A stretch of DNA of 64,000 bases from IMG/VR virus record IMGVR_UViG_3300035212_003113, positions 186,001 through 250,000 of that record. The stretch is one strand, 5' to 3'. The notes beneath the pieces are model-generated. The model did not search any database, had not been told where the DNA came from, and saw nothing but the letters and a program-made list of their open reading frames with translations. Shown piece by piece: positions 8,918-16,935 of this stretch (its first letter is position 1; every line of letters starts with the position of its first letter). The translations under genes were made by a program, and so were the position numbers.

Positions 8918-9628
8918 ATGGAACACGTATTAAGAATAGAATCTCTCCTCAGGGCTAGCTCACTCTTTCATACAATGGAAGACGTCTCTACGCAAAACCA
9001 TTTAGTGATCACCTCGCTGTCCGGACATGCAGTCGGACTGTCATATGTAATCATGACAGATGAGATCGTGCTCGACTATGACCTAGTCCTGCAGCCCACT
9101 TATGTAAATCTATATACGCTTGGTAAACTCTGCGACCTTGCCACAAATCTTGGCGTTAGTGTGCAGTCGCCGCGACCAACAGAAATGCGTACTACAAAGG
9201 TTGGCTTACGCCGCCGAGTATCTCCGGTACTTCTGCAAACACTGCAGGATGTCGAGTCAGCGATAAATATATTCTGTTTTGCAGTCGATTCTGCATCTGA
9301 ATATTTTCAGCGCGTTGCTGTATCTCATACTCTTCCGAACGTCGACATCTCTATGTGGGAAGGCGTTGATCTGAATTTCACAAACATCGACAGACTTACC
9401 GAGCGCAAGGCGATAACATATACGGACTGGCGTGCCCTAGCAGAAACAGTTGCAGAGCTAGATATTCCTGATGAGTACATAGAAGGCATGGTGGATATTG
9501 CCAACCGCTGCCAGCTTTTCGAGGAAGCAAATCCGCACCTGCCTATTGCCCAAGTAGTTGATCCGCTGCTTGCACTGCTAGAAGAAATGGATGAGCGTCC
9601 GCCACCAAACAGCTATGATGTGAATTGA
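8918..9628 (+). CDS. Hypothetical protein
   Basis: 236-aa ORF at the head of the ruvC-dnaJ-recA operon. Confidence 0.7.
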   Translation: MEHVLRIESLLRASSLFHTMEDVSTQNHLVITSLSGHAVGLSYVIMTDEIVLDYDLVLQPTYVNLYTLGKLCDLATNLGVSVQSPRPTEMRTTKVGLRRRVSPVLLQTLQDVESAINIFCFAVDSASEYFQRVAVSHTLPNVDISMWEGVDLNFTNIDRLTERKAITYTDWRALAETVAELDIPDEYIEGMVDIANRCQLFEEANPHLPIAQVVDPLLALLEEMDERPPPNSYDVN

Positions 9629-10344
9629 TGCGCCTATTATCCCTTGATATATCAAGCCGAAATACGGGCTGGACTCTGCTTGAGAACGGCGTGCCGCTAT
9701 TGACCGGAGATATAGCTCCTCCGGACACAGGACATCCAGCCAAGCTCCATTTTTTTCGGAGCAAGGTATTTGATCTCTGTAGCGCTCATTCCCCTGAGCA
9801 GTTGTGCATCGAGGATGTTTGGGCTGGTAAAAATAAACTAACGTACAAGATACTTTCCCTGTACCATGGAGTCGTCTATCAGCTATCGGCCGAGTTTGGC
9901 CTGCAGTTGCAAGTAATGACGCCAAGCCGGTTCCGACGACTGGTCGGAGCCGTCCACAAAGTAAAGCTAAACTACGCTGACCGCGAAGATGCAAAGGCAG
10001 CAGTTGGAACGCTTGTCTGCTCGCTTTATCCAGAGCTATCATCGGCTTCGGAAGACGTGCACGATTCTGTTGGAATTGCACTTGCAGCGCACTATTGGCA
10101 TGAGAACTTTTCATCCGCGCTTGAAGCTGCAAAAGCATCCAATCCAAAGATACGATCCGAGTCACGTCTCGCAGACATAGCAGACCGGGCGACCGAAGCC
10201 TACTTTAAAGACTTGGAGAAAGAAAATGCAAAATCCGTGGGAAACGCTGGGGGTGACTCCGGGAACGCCTCCGGAGGAACTAAAAAAGGCCTACAAAAAG
10301 CTGGCCCTGCAGTTCCATCCAGATCGAAATCCCGGCAATCCTGA
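9628..10344 (+). CDS. ruvC: RuvC-like Holliday junction resolvase
   Basis: LSLDISSRNTGW (catalytic Asp), CIED, EDVHDSVGIA. Confidence 0.8.
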   Translation: MRLLSLDISSRNTGWTLLENGVPLLTGDIAPPDTGHPAKLHFFRSKVFDLCSAHSPEQLCIEDVWAGKNKLTYKILSLYHGVVYQLSAEFGLQLQVMTPSRFRRLVGAVHKVKLNYADREDAKAAVGTLVCSLYPELSSASEDVHDSVGIALAAHYWHENFSSALEAAKASNPKIRSESRLADIADRATEAYFKDLEKENAKSVGNAGGDSGNASGGTKKGLQKAGPAVPSRSKSRQS

Positions 10345-11158
10345 GGCCGAAGAGCGGTTCAAGCAAATCACAGCAGCCTACGAAAGCATTACTTCTGGCA
10401 GTGCTGACCCGACGCCCGCAGAGCGCGAATTCACAGAAGATATGCTCAATGACCTTTTTGGGCAGTTCGGCTTTGGCTTTGGAAACCGCAGTCCTCGTAA
10501 TCAGGCATATGCAGAGGTAGAGCCAATCTCTATATCTGTGCGAGAGTACTGCACTGGTTCTAAGAAAAGCACAAAGATTCGTATCGACGGACCTTGTGCA
10601 ACTTGCTCTGGAATTGGCGCCACTCTTGGCAACTACACTCAATGCCAGCCTTGCCGCGGCACTGGCAAGGCTACATACCGACAGGGCTTCGTTACTGTGT
10701 CTATGGGCAACTGCCCTGCGTGCTCTGGGGCCGGTAGATCCATAAAAAAGGCATGCGAAGCCTGTGCGGGCGCTGGTCGGGGAATCCAGGAAAGCTCTAT
10801 TGCTGTCGATCTGCTGCCAGGGATCAGCAATGGTATCATGATTAATTATGGCGGTGCTCGCCTAGGTATTCCTATTGTTGTGCAAGACAGTGGAGATTTA
10901 CTTATCGAGGGCGCAAACATTCGCTCAAAAATCTCTATAAGCCTTGAGCAGGCGCTTTTCGGCTGCAAACTGCAGGTCGAAACTGCCCTTGGCACAAAAA
11001 CAGTTTCTATCGATCCCCTTAAATACGGGTCTGCTGAGCTGCGCCTGCGCGGTCTTGGTGTCCAGGGCACCAGTCCTGGCGACCATATGCTTGATGTAAG
11101 GGTAACGATGCCAGAAGACGATGTCCGAAGAAAGATAAAAGAGGCATTAGATGAGTAA
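10226..11158 (+). CDS. dnaJ: DnaJ/Hsp40 co-chaperone
   Basis: J domain with HPD, four CxxCxGxG repeats, C-terminal ISLEQALFG...LRGLG. Confidence 0.93.
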   Translation: MQNPWETLGVTPGTPPEELKKAYKKLALQFHPDRNPGNPEAEERFKQITAAYESITSGSADPTPAEREFTEDMLNDLFGQFGFGFGNRSPRNQAYAEVEPISISVREYCTGSKKSTKIRIDGPCATCSGIGATLGNYTQCQPCRGTGKATYRQGFVTVSMGNCPACSGAGRSIKKACEACAGAGRGIQESSIAVDLLPGISNGIMINYGGARLGIPIVVQDSGDLLIEGANIRSKISISLEQALFGCKLQVETALGTKTVSIDPLKYGSAELRLRGLGVQGTSPGDHMLDVRVTMPEDDVRRKIKEALDE

Positions 11159-12287
11159 TAATAAAGACTTCCTGAAGGCTTTTAACAAAGCATTCTCTAA
11201 GAATGGAACGGATGCTGCGCGCAAAGCCAGTGATCCGCAAGCGTACAAGGGGGAGGTGATTGAATTTCCGTCCTTGACGCTTGGCGACGCTAGCCACTAC
11301 TGGGGCTTGCCGCTTGGCAAGATCACCCAGTTCCACGGCCCGGAAGGCTGTGGAAAAACTTTTTTTGCCATGCTCATGGTAAAGCAGGCTCAGGACAAGT
11401 ATCCTGGCAGCAGCGTTGTGTGGTTCGATGCCGAGTATAGCTTCAATGAAACCTGGGCAAAGAATCTTGGAATCGATACGGACCGCCTCGTAATCGTGCC
11501 CGAGAATAACGCTGCGGTCATCTTTACGATGATCTGCGGTCGCTCCAATGACCAGGGCAAGAAGATCGATCTTGGTATTCTTGACCACGTTGGCGGGAAA
11601 ACGCTTGACTGCAAGCTGATTGTACTAGATAGCATCGCAAATCTTATCTACCCGATTGAGGAGAATCGCGGCTTCGATGAACAGGAGATGGCCGCTGGTG
11701 CTCGCTTCCTTATGAAGGGCATGAAGCGCACCACTCCAATGCTCGCTGAGACTGGCACGTCCTTTCTGTGTATCAATCAGGCGCGCGAGAAGATTGGCGA
11801 GCGAATCCCAACCCTCACGTATCCTGGTGGTCGTCCGTATCGCCACACTCTGAGTCTTGCTGTTCTCTTCAAAGCCTCTGGCTCAAAAGACGGCCAGATT
11901 CAGAGCGAGAACGAGCGCAAGCAGGGTCACAAGATTCTTGCAACAGTAGAGAAAACGCGCGCTGGTCCGGACAAGTGGAAGAGCGAATTCTGGCTCGATT
12001 TCTCTAAAGGCGTCGTCAATCGCGGTGCCGAAGCCGCAATGCTTGGAGATGCTTATGGCATCATCTCTCGTCCAAATGCTGTCACCTGGATCTATGAAGA
12101 TCTCACGGTAAAGGGCAAGGATGCGTTCGCCGCGGCCCTCGAGGCTCGACCCGATCTAGTAGAAAAACTAATCGCACATATTCAGGAGATTAAGACCAGC
12201 GGCAATGGCCGACCCGCTGTATTGTCAGAAGACGATACTGGTCCGGTTTCTGACTTCGAGGTCGGTGACAGTGGAGAGGTAGCTTGA
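11151..12287 (+). CDS. recA: RecA recombinase
   Basis: GLPLGKITQFHGPEGCGKT, FDAE, IVLDSIA, INQAREKIG, PGG. Confidence 0.95.
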   Translation: MSNNKDFLKAFNKAFSKNGTDAARKASDPQAYKGEVIEFPSLTLGDASHYWGLPLGKITQFHGPEGCGKTFFAMLMVKQAQDKYPGSSVVWFDAEYSFNETWAKNLGIDTDRLVIVPENNAAVIFTMICGRSNDQGKKIDLGILDHVGGKTLDCKLIVLDSIANLIYPIEENRGFDEQEMAAGARFLMKGMKRTTPMLAETGTSFLCINQAREKIGERIPTLTYPGGRPYRHTLSLAVLFKASGSKDGQIQSENERKQGHKILATVEKTRAGPDKWKSEFWLDFSKGVVNRGAEAAMLGDAYGIISRPNAVTWIYEDLTVKGKDAFAAALEARPDLVEKLIAHIQEIKTSGNGRPAVLSEDDTGPVSDFEVGDSGEVA

Positions 12288-12766
12288 AAACTCATTGTCC
12301 AGCCTGTGGCAAGTCGTCACTGAACTTCATACACAAGCAGACCGGACGCCTTTACTGCAGCTCATGCGGGCAGCAGATTGCTGCGTCAGAGACCATATTG
12401 GCGGCCCTTGTCCGTAAGGGCGCCTTTCTCCCTGATGACTTCTTCTCTCGGCCTGAGCCAGAAGTGGTCAAGGAGGTTGTTCCTGAGCCGTACGATGCGC
12501 GAGCAGCCGCCATGCGGCGAATACAGAGCTCTCAGCGTCAGCTTGACAGCGGTCGCGAGTCTGATATGTCCAGGAAAATTAACATTCCTAAGATGAGTCG
12601 CGAAGAGGCAACCGCTCGAAAGCGAGCGATAGTTGCAAGTCTGGCGAATACTGATGAGTTGATCTCTCAGGCAGCTCAACCACCTAGCCCGGATTTGGCC
12701 TCTGACTTTGCAGAGATCGGTCTTGACCTAGGGGAGGTTGATAGCATCCTGAAGAGCGACCAGTGA
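12284..12766 (+). CDS. Hypothetical protein with N-terminal zinc ribbon
   Basis: CPAC...CSSC; SD GGAGAGG; coupled to recA and primase. Confidence 0.7.
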   Translation: MKTHCPACGKSSLNFIHKQTGRLYCSSCGQQIAASETILAALVRKGAFLPDDFFSRPEPEVVKEVVPEPYDARAAAMRRIQSSQRQLDSGRESDMSRKINIPKMSREEATARKRAIVASLANTDELISQAAQPPSPDLASDFAEIGLDLGEVDSILKSDQ

Positions 12767-13497
12767 TCGAAAAAGAAGCATTAGATACGACAGTGCAACT
12801 GTGTGGCCTCGGGATCTGGACTGATCCCGAGGTCCTCTCTTATTGTCGTGAACGCGGCATAGCGGACAGCACTATTCGCGAGTGGGGGCTTGGAGCCTTC
12901 CCGGAAGATCCTAATCAGCTGTTTGCCCTCAGTTCAAAGATCAATACTCCGAAAATGTTCTCTGGCAGCATCCTGCGTCTCATTGATGGTTATTTTGAGT
13001 CTTCGTTTTTAAAGAATCGGCTGATCATACCTGTCAACGACCCATATGGCGTACCAATTGCTATCATGGGGCGCACTACACTGTCTCAAGAAGTTGTCAA
13101 GCAGCACGACTTCCCAAAGTACTACAATACTCACTATAATAAAACTCGCTCACTATTCGGACTTGATCGTGCGATAAGTACCGTTCTGCGTACAGGTGAG
13201 ATCATACTGGTCGAAGGCAACGTAGACGTCATCATGGCGCATCAGCATGGCCTAAAGAATGTTGTTGCCACCAGTTCTTCGAACATAAGCTCGCATCAAA
13301 TTTCGCTGGCTGCAAGATATGCTGAGCGCATCTACTTGGCGCTAGATGGAGACGAAGCTGGCCGAGCCGGAATACAAAGGGCGCTTGAAAAATATGGCGC
13401 GGCGGCCAAGCAGCTGGGAATCACGATAGCTCCCCTTCATATATCTGGAGGGAAGGATTTAGACGAAGCCCTAAGGGCAGGAGGTATAAGATGGTAG
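12763..13497 (+). CDS. dnaG: DnaG-type primase catalytic core (TOPRIM), no zinc-binding domain
   Basis: NRLIIP, GR, PKYYN, VEGNVDVI, LDGDEAG, KDLDE. Confidence 0.85.
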   Translation: MIEKEALDTTVQLCGLGIWTDPEVLSYCRERGIADSTIREWGLGAFPEDPNQLFALSSKINTPKMFSGSILRLIDGYFESSFLKNRLIIPVNDPYGVPIAIMGRTTLSQEVVKQHDFPKYYNTHYNKTRSLFGLDRAISTVLRTGEIILVEGNVDVIMAHQHGLKNVVATSSSNISSHQISLAARYAERIYLALDGDEAGRAGIQRALEKYGAAAKQLGITIAPLHISGGKDLDEALRAGGIRW

Positions 13498-13769
13498 AAG
13501 AGAATTGTCTTGTTAAGTTTTACGCTGATTGGTGCGGTCCCTGTAAGCAGTTTTCGCCCACGATTGACCGAGTTGTTGCCGAAACCGGCGTAAAGCTAGT
13601 CCAAATAAATGTAGATGCTCAGCCGGAGCTCGCCCAGCAATTTGGAGTGCGCAGCATTCCTGCTCTTTTTGCCGTCAAGGGCGGTGTACCGGTCGGCTCA
13701 GTATTTGGTAACAAGCCAGAAGCAGATGTCCGCGAGCTCGTTAGAAAGGTAGTAGGAACACCTGAATGA
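13491..13769 (+). CDS. trxA: Thioredoxin
   Basis: FYADWCGPC, VRSIP. Confidence 0.95.
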   Translation: MVEENCLVKFYADWCGPCKQFSPTIDRVVAETGVKLVQINVDAQPELAQQFGVRSIPALFAVKGGVPVGSVFGNKPEADVRELVRKVVGTPE

Positions 13770-14329
13770 AAGTTGTTATTTATGATGCCAGCTTTAGGGC
13801 CGGATGGGTGGGAAATTCCTGGGTACTGGGCGGACGTCTTTACCGAGCTCTGCGCAAAGTCGATCTTGTTATCCCAGTACTGCTGTGGGAGCAAGTAGCC
13901 TCAGAGCTACAGAAATTGCCTAACTATAGTATAAAAGACTTGCAGGTCTGGAGCCACGGCCATCCCGGCGGAGTGTCAATAAATGGCGAATCCATTAACA
14001 ATCGCAATATCAATCCTGCTTTCTGGGGCAGTATTGCTCGAAAGCTGCGTGGCGACGGACGAGTGTGGTTTCGCACCTGCGCTACGTTTTGTGGTTATGC
14101 CGGACATGAATTTGCAAAAAAGCTCGCCGATACCATGGATCGAACGGTAGTAGGTCATACATATATTATTGGTCCTTTTCAGTCGGGATTGCATGTGCAC
14201 CAACCTGGACGGGAGCCAAACTGGTCGCCTCAGGAAGGTTTGGAGGTTAGGAAAGATGGTAGCACGGGCATTAGAATGTCAGGTCCGCTTCAGCCGAACA
14301 CCGTGACATGCCTACATACTGATTTTTAA
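13766..14329 (+). CDS. DUF4347/caspase-fold-like protein with His-Cys dyad
   Basis: WSHGHPG and WFRTCATF followed by G..FAKKLAD. Confidence 0.5.
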   Translation: MKVVIYDASFRAGWVGNSWVLGGRLYRALRKVDLVIPVLLWEQVASELQKLPNYSIKDLQVWSHGHPGGVSINGESINNRNINPAFWGSIARKLRGDGRVWFRTCATFCGYAGHEFAKKLADTMDRTVVGHTYIIGPFQSGLHVHQPGREPNWSPQEGLEVRKDGSTGIRMSGPLQPNTVTCLHTDF

Positions 14330-14338
14330 CGAGGACAA

Positions 14339-14737
14339 ATGAGCAACCCGAAGCAGCCAAAGAAGATGTCCACAGAAGAGTGGATTCAATTACTTCTTGA
14401 TAACCAAGACGCTTGGAAAGATAGGCTAGCTTACGTAGATGAAGAAGCCCGGCGCATCTTCTTTAGCTCTTCGGGTCCTCCTCTAGACTCCAACCTACAA
14501 TTCGTAAGCGTTTACTTTTACGCTACTTATATGTTTAACTTCATATCTTCTCTCGTGGCAGACCCGGATATTGGAGTTCCAAAAGAAATACTAGAATACC
14601 ATTCTGAGCTAGCTGAAGAGCTGGCTCAAAGCGCTTACAAGGATTCCACTTCGCACCTGAAGCGCAAGCAGAAACTGTTAGATGGAGATGACATAGATCC
14701 AGAACTACTGGTAACAATGAAAAAAGGTGACGCATGA
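14339..14737 (+). CDS. Hypothetical protein
   Basis: SD GAGGA; ATGA overlap with the next gene. Confidence 0.7.
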   Translation: MSNPKQPKKMSTEEWIQLLLDNQDAWKDRLAYVDEEARRIFFSSSGPPLDSNLQFVSVYFYATYMFNFISSLVADPDIGVPKEILEYHSELAEELAQSAYKDSTSHLKRKQKLLDGDDIDPELLVTMKKGDA

Positions 14738-15432
14738 GGATACTGCTGGCTTTTTTACTTTCTTGCTTAATCGCTTGCCAACCAAAAAGCCCGCCGCCTC
14801 CTCTAGAAGTATCTGCTGAGAAAAATATATGGAAAATGCAGACCCTCACTTCACAATGCACTTCCTTCCAGATCGATAAAGAGCTGATTGTCACCGCAGC
14901 CCACTGCGCGCACTCTCAGCTCTTTTTATTTAAAAATGGACCAGATACCCTTGAAGGCAAGCTGGTGGGTCTTTCAGAAGAATCAGACATTGCAGTGTTT
15001 TTTGTTCCAGGCGCTGATCGCCCAGGATTCCCAGTAGGCGAGAATCCGCCGGCTCCAGGCGAAGAGCTGGTGGCAATCGGCTTCCCTGCTCGCGTTACAG
15101 ATAGCTACGTCTTTGTGCCGGTGCGAATTGCAGGACTTGCTCGCTCTCCTGATGGCAGCATATTTGCCCGAACTATGGGTCCGTCTGTGTGGCCAGGCAT
15201 GAGCGGCGGTCCACTGGTCAATTCGCGTGGCGAAGTTGTCGGCGTAGTCTCGAGCACTGGCCAAATATTCTTCGGCCCAGAAAACGATCCAACAAGCCTG
15301 ATGCGCGAAGCTGGTAACTTCTCAGTGGATCTAATGAAAACAATAACTGATATAATTGCTGCTGCGAATCGTCGTGCCTATGAGAACGGTGAATCAGAGG
15401 AAGAGCCAGAAACTTCCGGCACTAGCGAATAA
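14734..15432 (+). CDS. Trypsin-like serine protease with predicted lipoprotein signal
   Basis: TAAHC, SDIA, PGMSGGP triad; hydrophobic N-terminus ending LIAC. Confidence 0.85.
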   Translation: MRILLAFLLSCLIACQPKSPPPPLEVSAEKNIWKMQTLTSQCTSFQIDKELIVTAAHCAHSQLFLFKNGPDTLEGKLVGLSEESDIAVFFVPGADRPGFPVGENPPAPGEELVAIGFPARVTDSYVFVPVRIAGLARSPDGSIFARTMGPSVWPGMSGGPLVNSRGEVVGVVSSTGQIFFGPENDPTSLMREAGNFSVDLMKTITDIIAAANRRAYENGESEEEPETSGTSE

Positions 15433-15434
15433 AG

Positions 15435-15460
15435 AAACGGGGCCGCGAGGCCCCGTTTTT
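15435..15460. terminator. Bidirectional terminator between convergent genes
   Basis: AAACGGGGCC-gcga-GGCCCCGTTTTT. Confidence 0.9.
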
Positions 15461-16826
15461 ATTTAATCACGCCCGCCTTTGCGGCAGCAATCATCTCATG
15501 TCGTCTACCTGGATCTGCCCAGTCTGCTTGTGCAGACGACCCTAGTGATACCAGTGGATCATAGTAGCAAAAAACTTCACCGGGCTTTACGCTGGGCGCC
15601 GCATATACCGAGATGCCGCTGCTCCGGTCGTACGCCTCGAACGAGTGCGCATCGCGCTTGCCGCCCCCTCCAGGAGCGTCTACAACGAACACAGGCGTGT
15701 TGAAGCCGGCAGTACTGCCTCGCACCCCCTTCTCGATCTCAAGGGCCGTAGAAACCGCTGTACGCAAGTCCTCCGTGCCGCGCACCAAGTCGTGCACGTA
15801 TACATAATAAGGATGCACATTAATCCAGCTCAGCCGCTTTACCAGCATCTTCATAGTTTCTATGCTATCGTTCACGCCGCGCTGCAGTACGCTCTGGTTA
15901 CGGACAGTGACTCCGCGCTCCATCAGCAGATTGCACGCCCGTGCACTGATTCCTGTTATTTCCGCAGGATGATTAAAGTGCGTATGAATTACCACTTCCT
16001 TGTGCAGCTGGCGACCGCGAGCCGCAATATCGCAGATCGCATCAGTCCATGCTGTATCGGTCAGCACCTTCATTGGCTGGATTGCAAGCCCTTTTGTAGC
16101 GTAGCGCCACCGCCGTACATGCGGAATGGCCAGTAACCGCTCTCCAATAGCACGCACTTGATCGGCGCGCAGCCGGTAGCTGTCTCCGCCACTCACAACG
16201 ACATCCTCTACCTCGGGCCGCGATTCGATGTACTGGAAGATCCTCGACCAGCGCTCCTCGTCGGCCTTCAGACTGATCTTTTCTACCATATCTGTATCCA
16301 GGCCGACCGCATAACTGCGCGTACAAAAACGGCAATAGACCGGGCATGTATCAAGTGCTAGAAATAGTACTTTATCTGCATAGCGATGCGTCAACCCTGG
16401 CACCGGGCTGTCGTCCTGCTCGTGTAGCGAGTCCAGAGTCAACATGGGATGATCGGGCTCTAATTCACTGCCTACTGGCAGGAATTGCCGGCGAATTGGA
16501 TCAGTATACGGGCTTGACCAGTCGATCAGGCTCATTAGATACGGGCTTATGCGAACGGCCATGGGAGCAGCGGCAAATCCAGCTTGCACATCTGCAATGA
16601 AATCTTCTGACACAAGGTCGCGAACCGCGACTACTAGCCGGTCTGCTGAAGTTATCGCATTTTTTTCCTGCCAGGTGTGGCTTAGGAAAGCCCCCTCGTC
16701 GATCTCGCTCCACGCCGGAATCTTCCTCCAAAACTCGTCCGTGCGCAAGTTGCGGTGATCCAGGGCTGCGGCCGGAGCTGGCGGCTTAAGACTGTTAACG
16801 CTGTCAAGAATTTGTAGTTTGCTCAT
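15459..16826 (-). CDS. kamA: KamA-family radical SAM enzyme (lysine 2,3-aminomutase-like)
   Basis: DPIRRQ, GLTHRY, CPVYCRFCTR, SGGD, HFNHP, NQSVL, PYY, DAPGGGGK (PLP lysine); start moved to ATG 16826. Confidence 0.9.
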   Translation of the reverse strand: MSKLQILDSVNSLKPPAPAAALDHRNLRTDEFWRKIPAWSEIDEGAFLSHTWQEKNAITSADRLVVAVRDLVSEDFIADVQAGFAAAPMAVRISPYLMSLIDWSSPYTDPIRRQFLPVGSELEPDHPMLTLDSLHEQDDSPVPGLTHRYADKVLFLALDTCPVYCRFCTRSYAVGLDTDMVEKISLKADEERWSRIFQYIESRPEVEDVVVSGGDSYRLRADQVRAIGERLLAIPHVRRWRYATKGLAIQPMKVLTDTAWTDAICDIAARGRQLHKEVVIHTHFNHPAEITGISARACNLLMERGVTVRNQSVLQRGVNDSIETMKMLVKRLSWINVHPYYVYVHDLVRGTEDLRTAVSTALEIEKGVRGSTAGFNTPVFVVDAPGGGGKRDAHSFEAYDRSSGISVYAAPSVKPGEVFCYYDPLVSLGSSAQADWADPGRRHEMIAAAKAGVIK

Positions 16827-16833
16827 GGCTACT

Positions 16834-16839
16834 ATTACA
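16834..16839 (-). promoter_or_regulatory. Candidate leaderless promoter element TGTAAT, 7 nt before kamA ATG
   Basis: ATTACA on + strand; no SD. Confidence 0.55.
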
Positions 16840-16884
16840 AGATTGCCCATTCATGCGACCTTGAGGCTGGTAGTAGCGTGCAAC

Positions 16885-16910
16885 AAAAAACCCCGCTTTT
16901 TCAGCGGGGT
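16885..16910 (-). terminator. Intrinsic terminator after the adhesin gene
   Basis: ACCCCGCT/AGCGGGGT stem with T-tract on the minus strand. Confidence 0.8.
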
Positions 16911-16935
16911 CTCTTATTAAGATTACATCACCCTA

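Noticed and set aside
10226-10344. 119-nt overlap of the RuvC-like ORF with dnaJ as a programmed frameshift or dual coding
   Set aside because: The RuvC tail is low-complexity and beyond the fold; most simply a late stop codon
853-16850. Interpretation as a bacterial chromosome segment or prophage flank (tig, dnaE, dnaJ, recA, trxA, kamA)
   Set aside because: Genes are divergent, lack bacterial synteny (no clpP, dnaK or recX), are interleaved with a gp32-like SSB and share promoter motifs with the virion region; no integrase or att site seen
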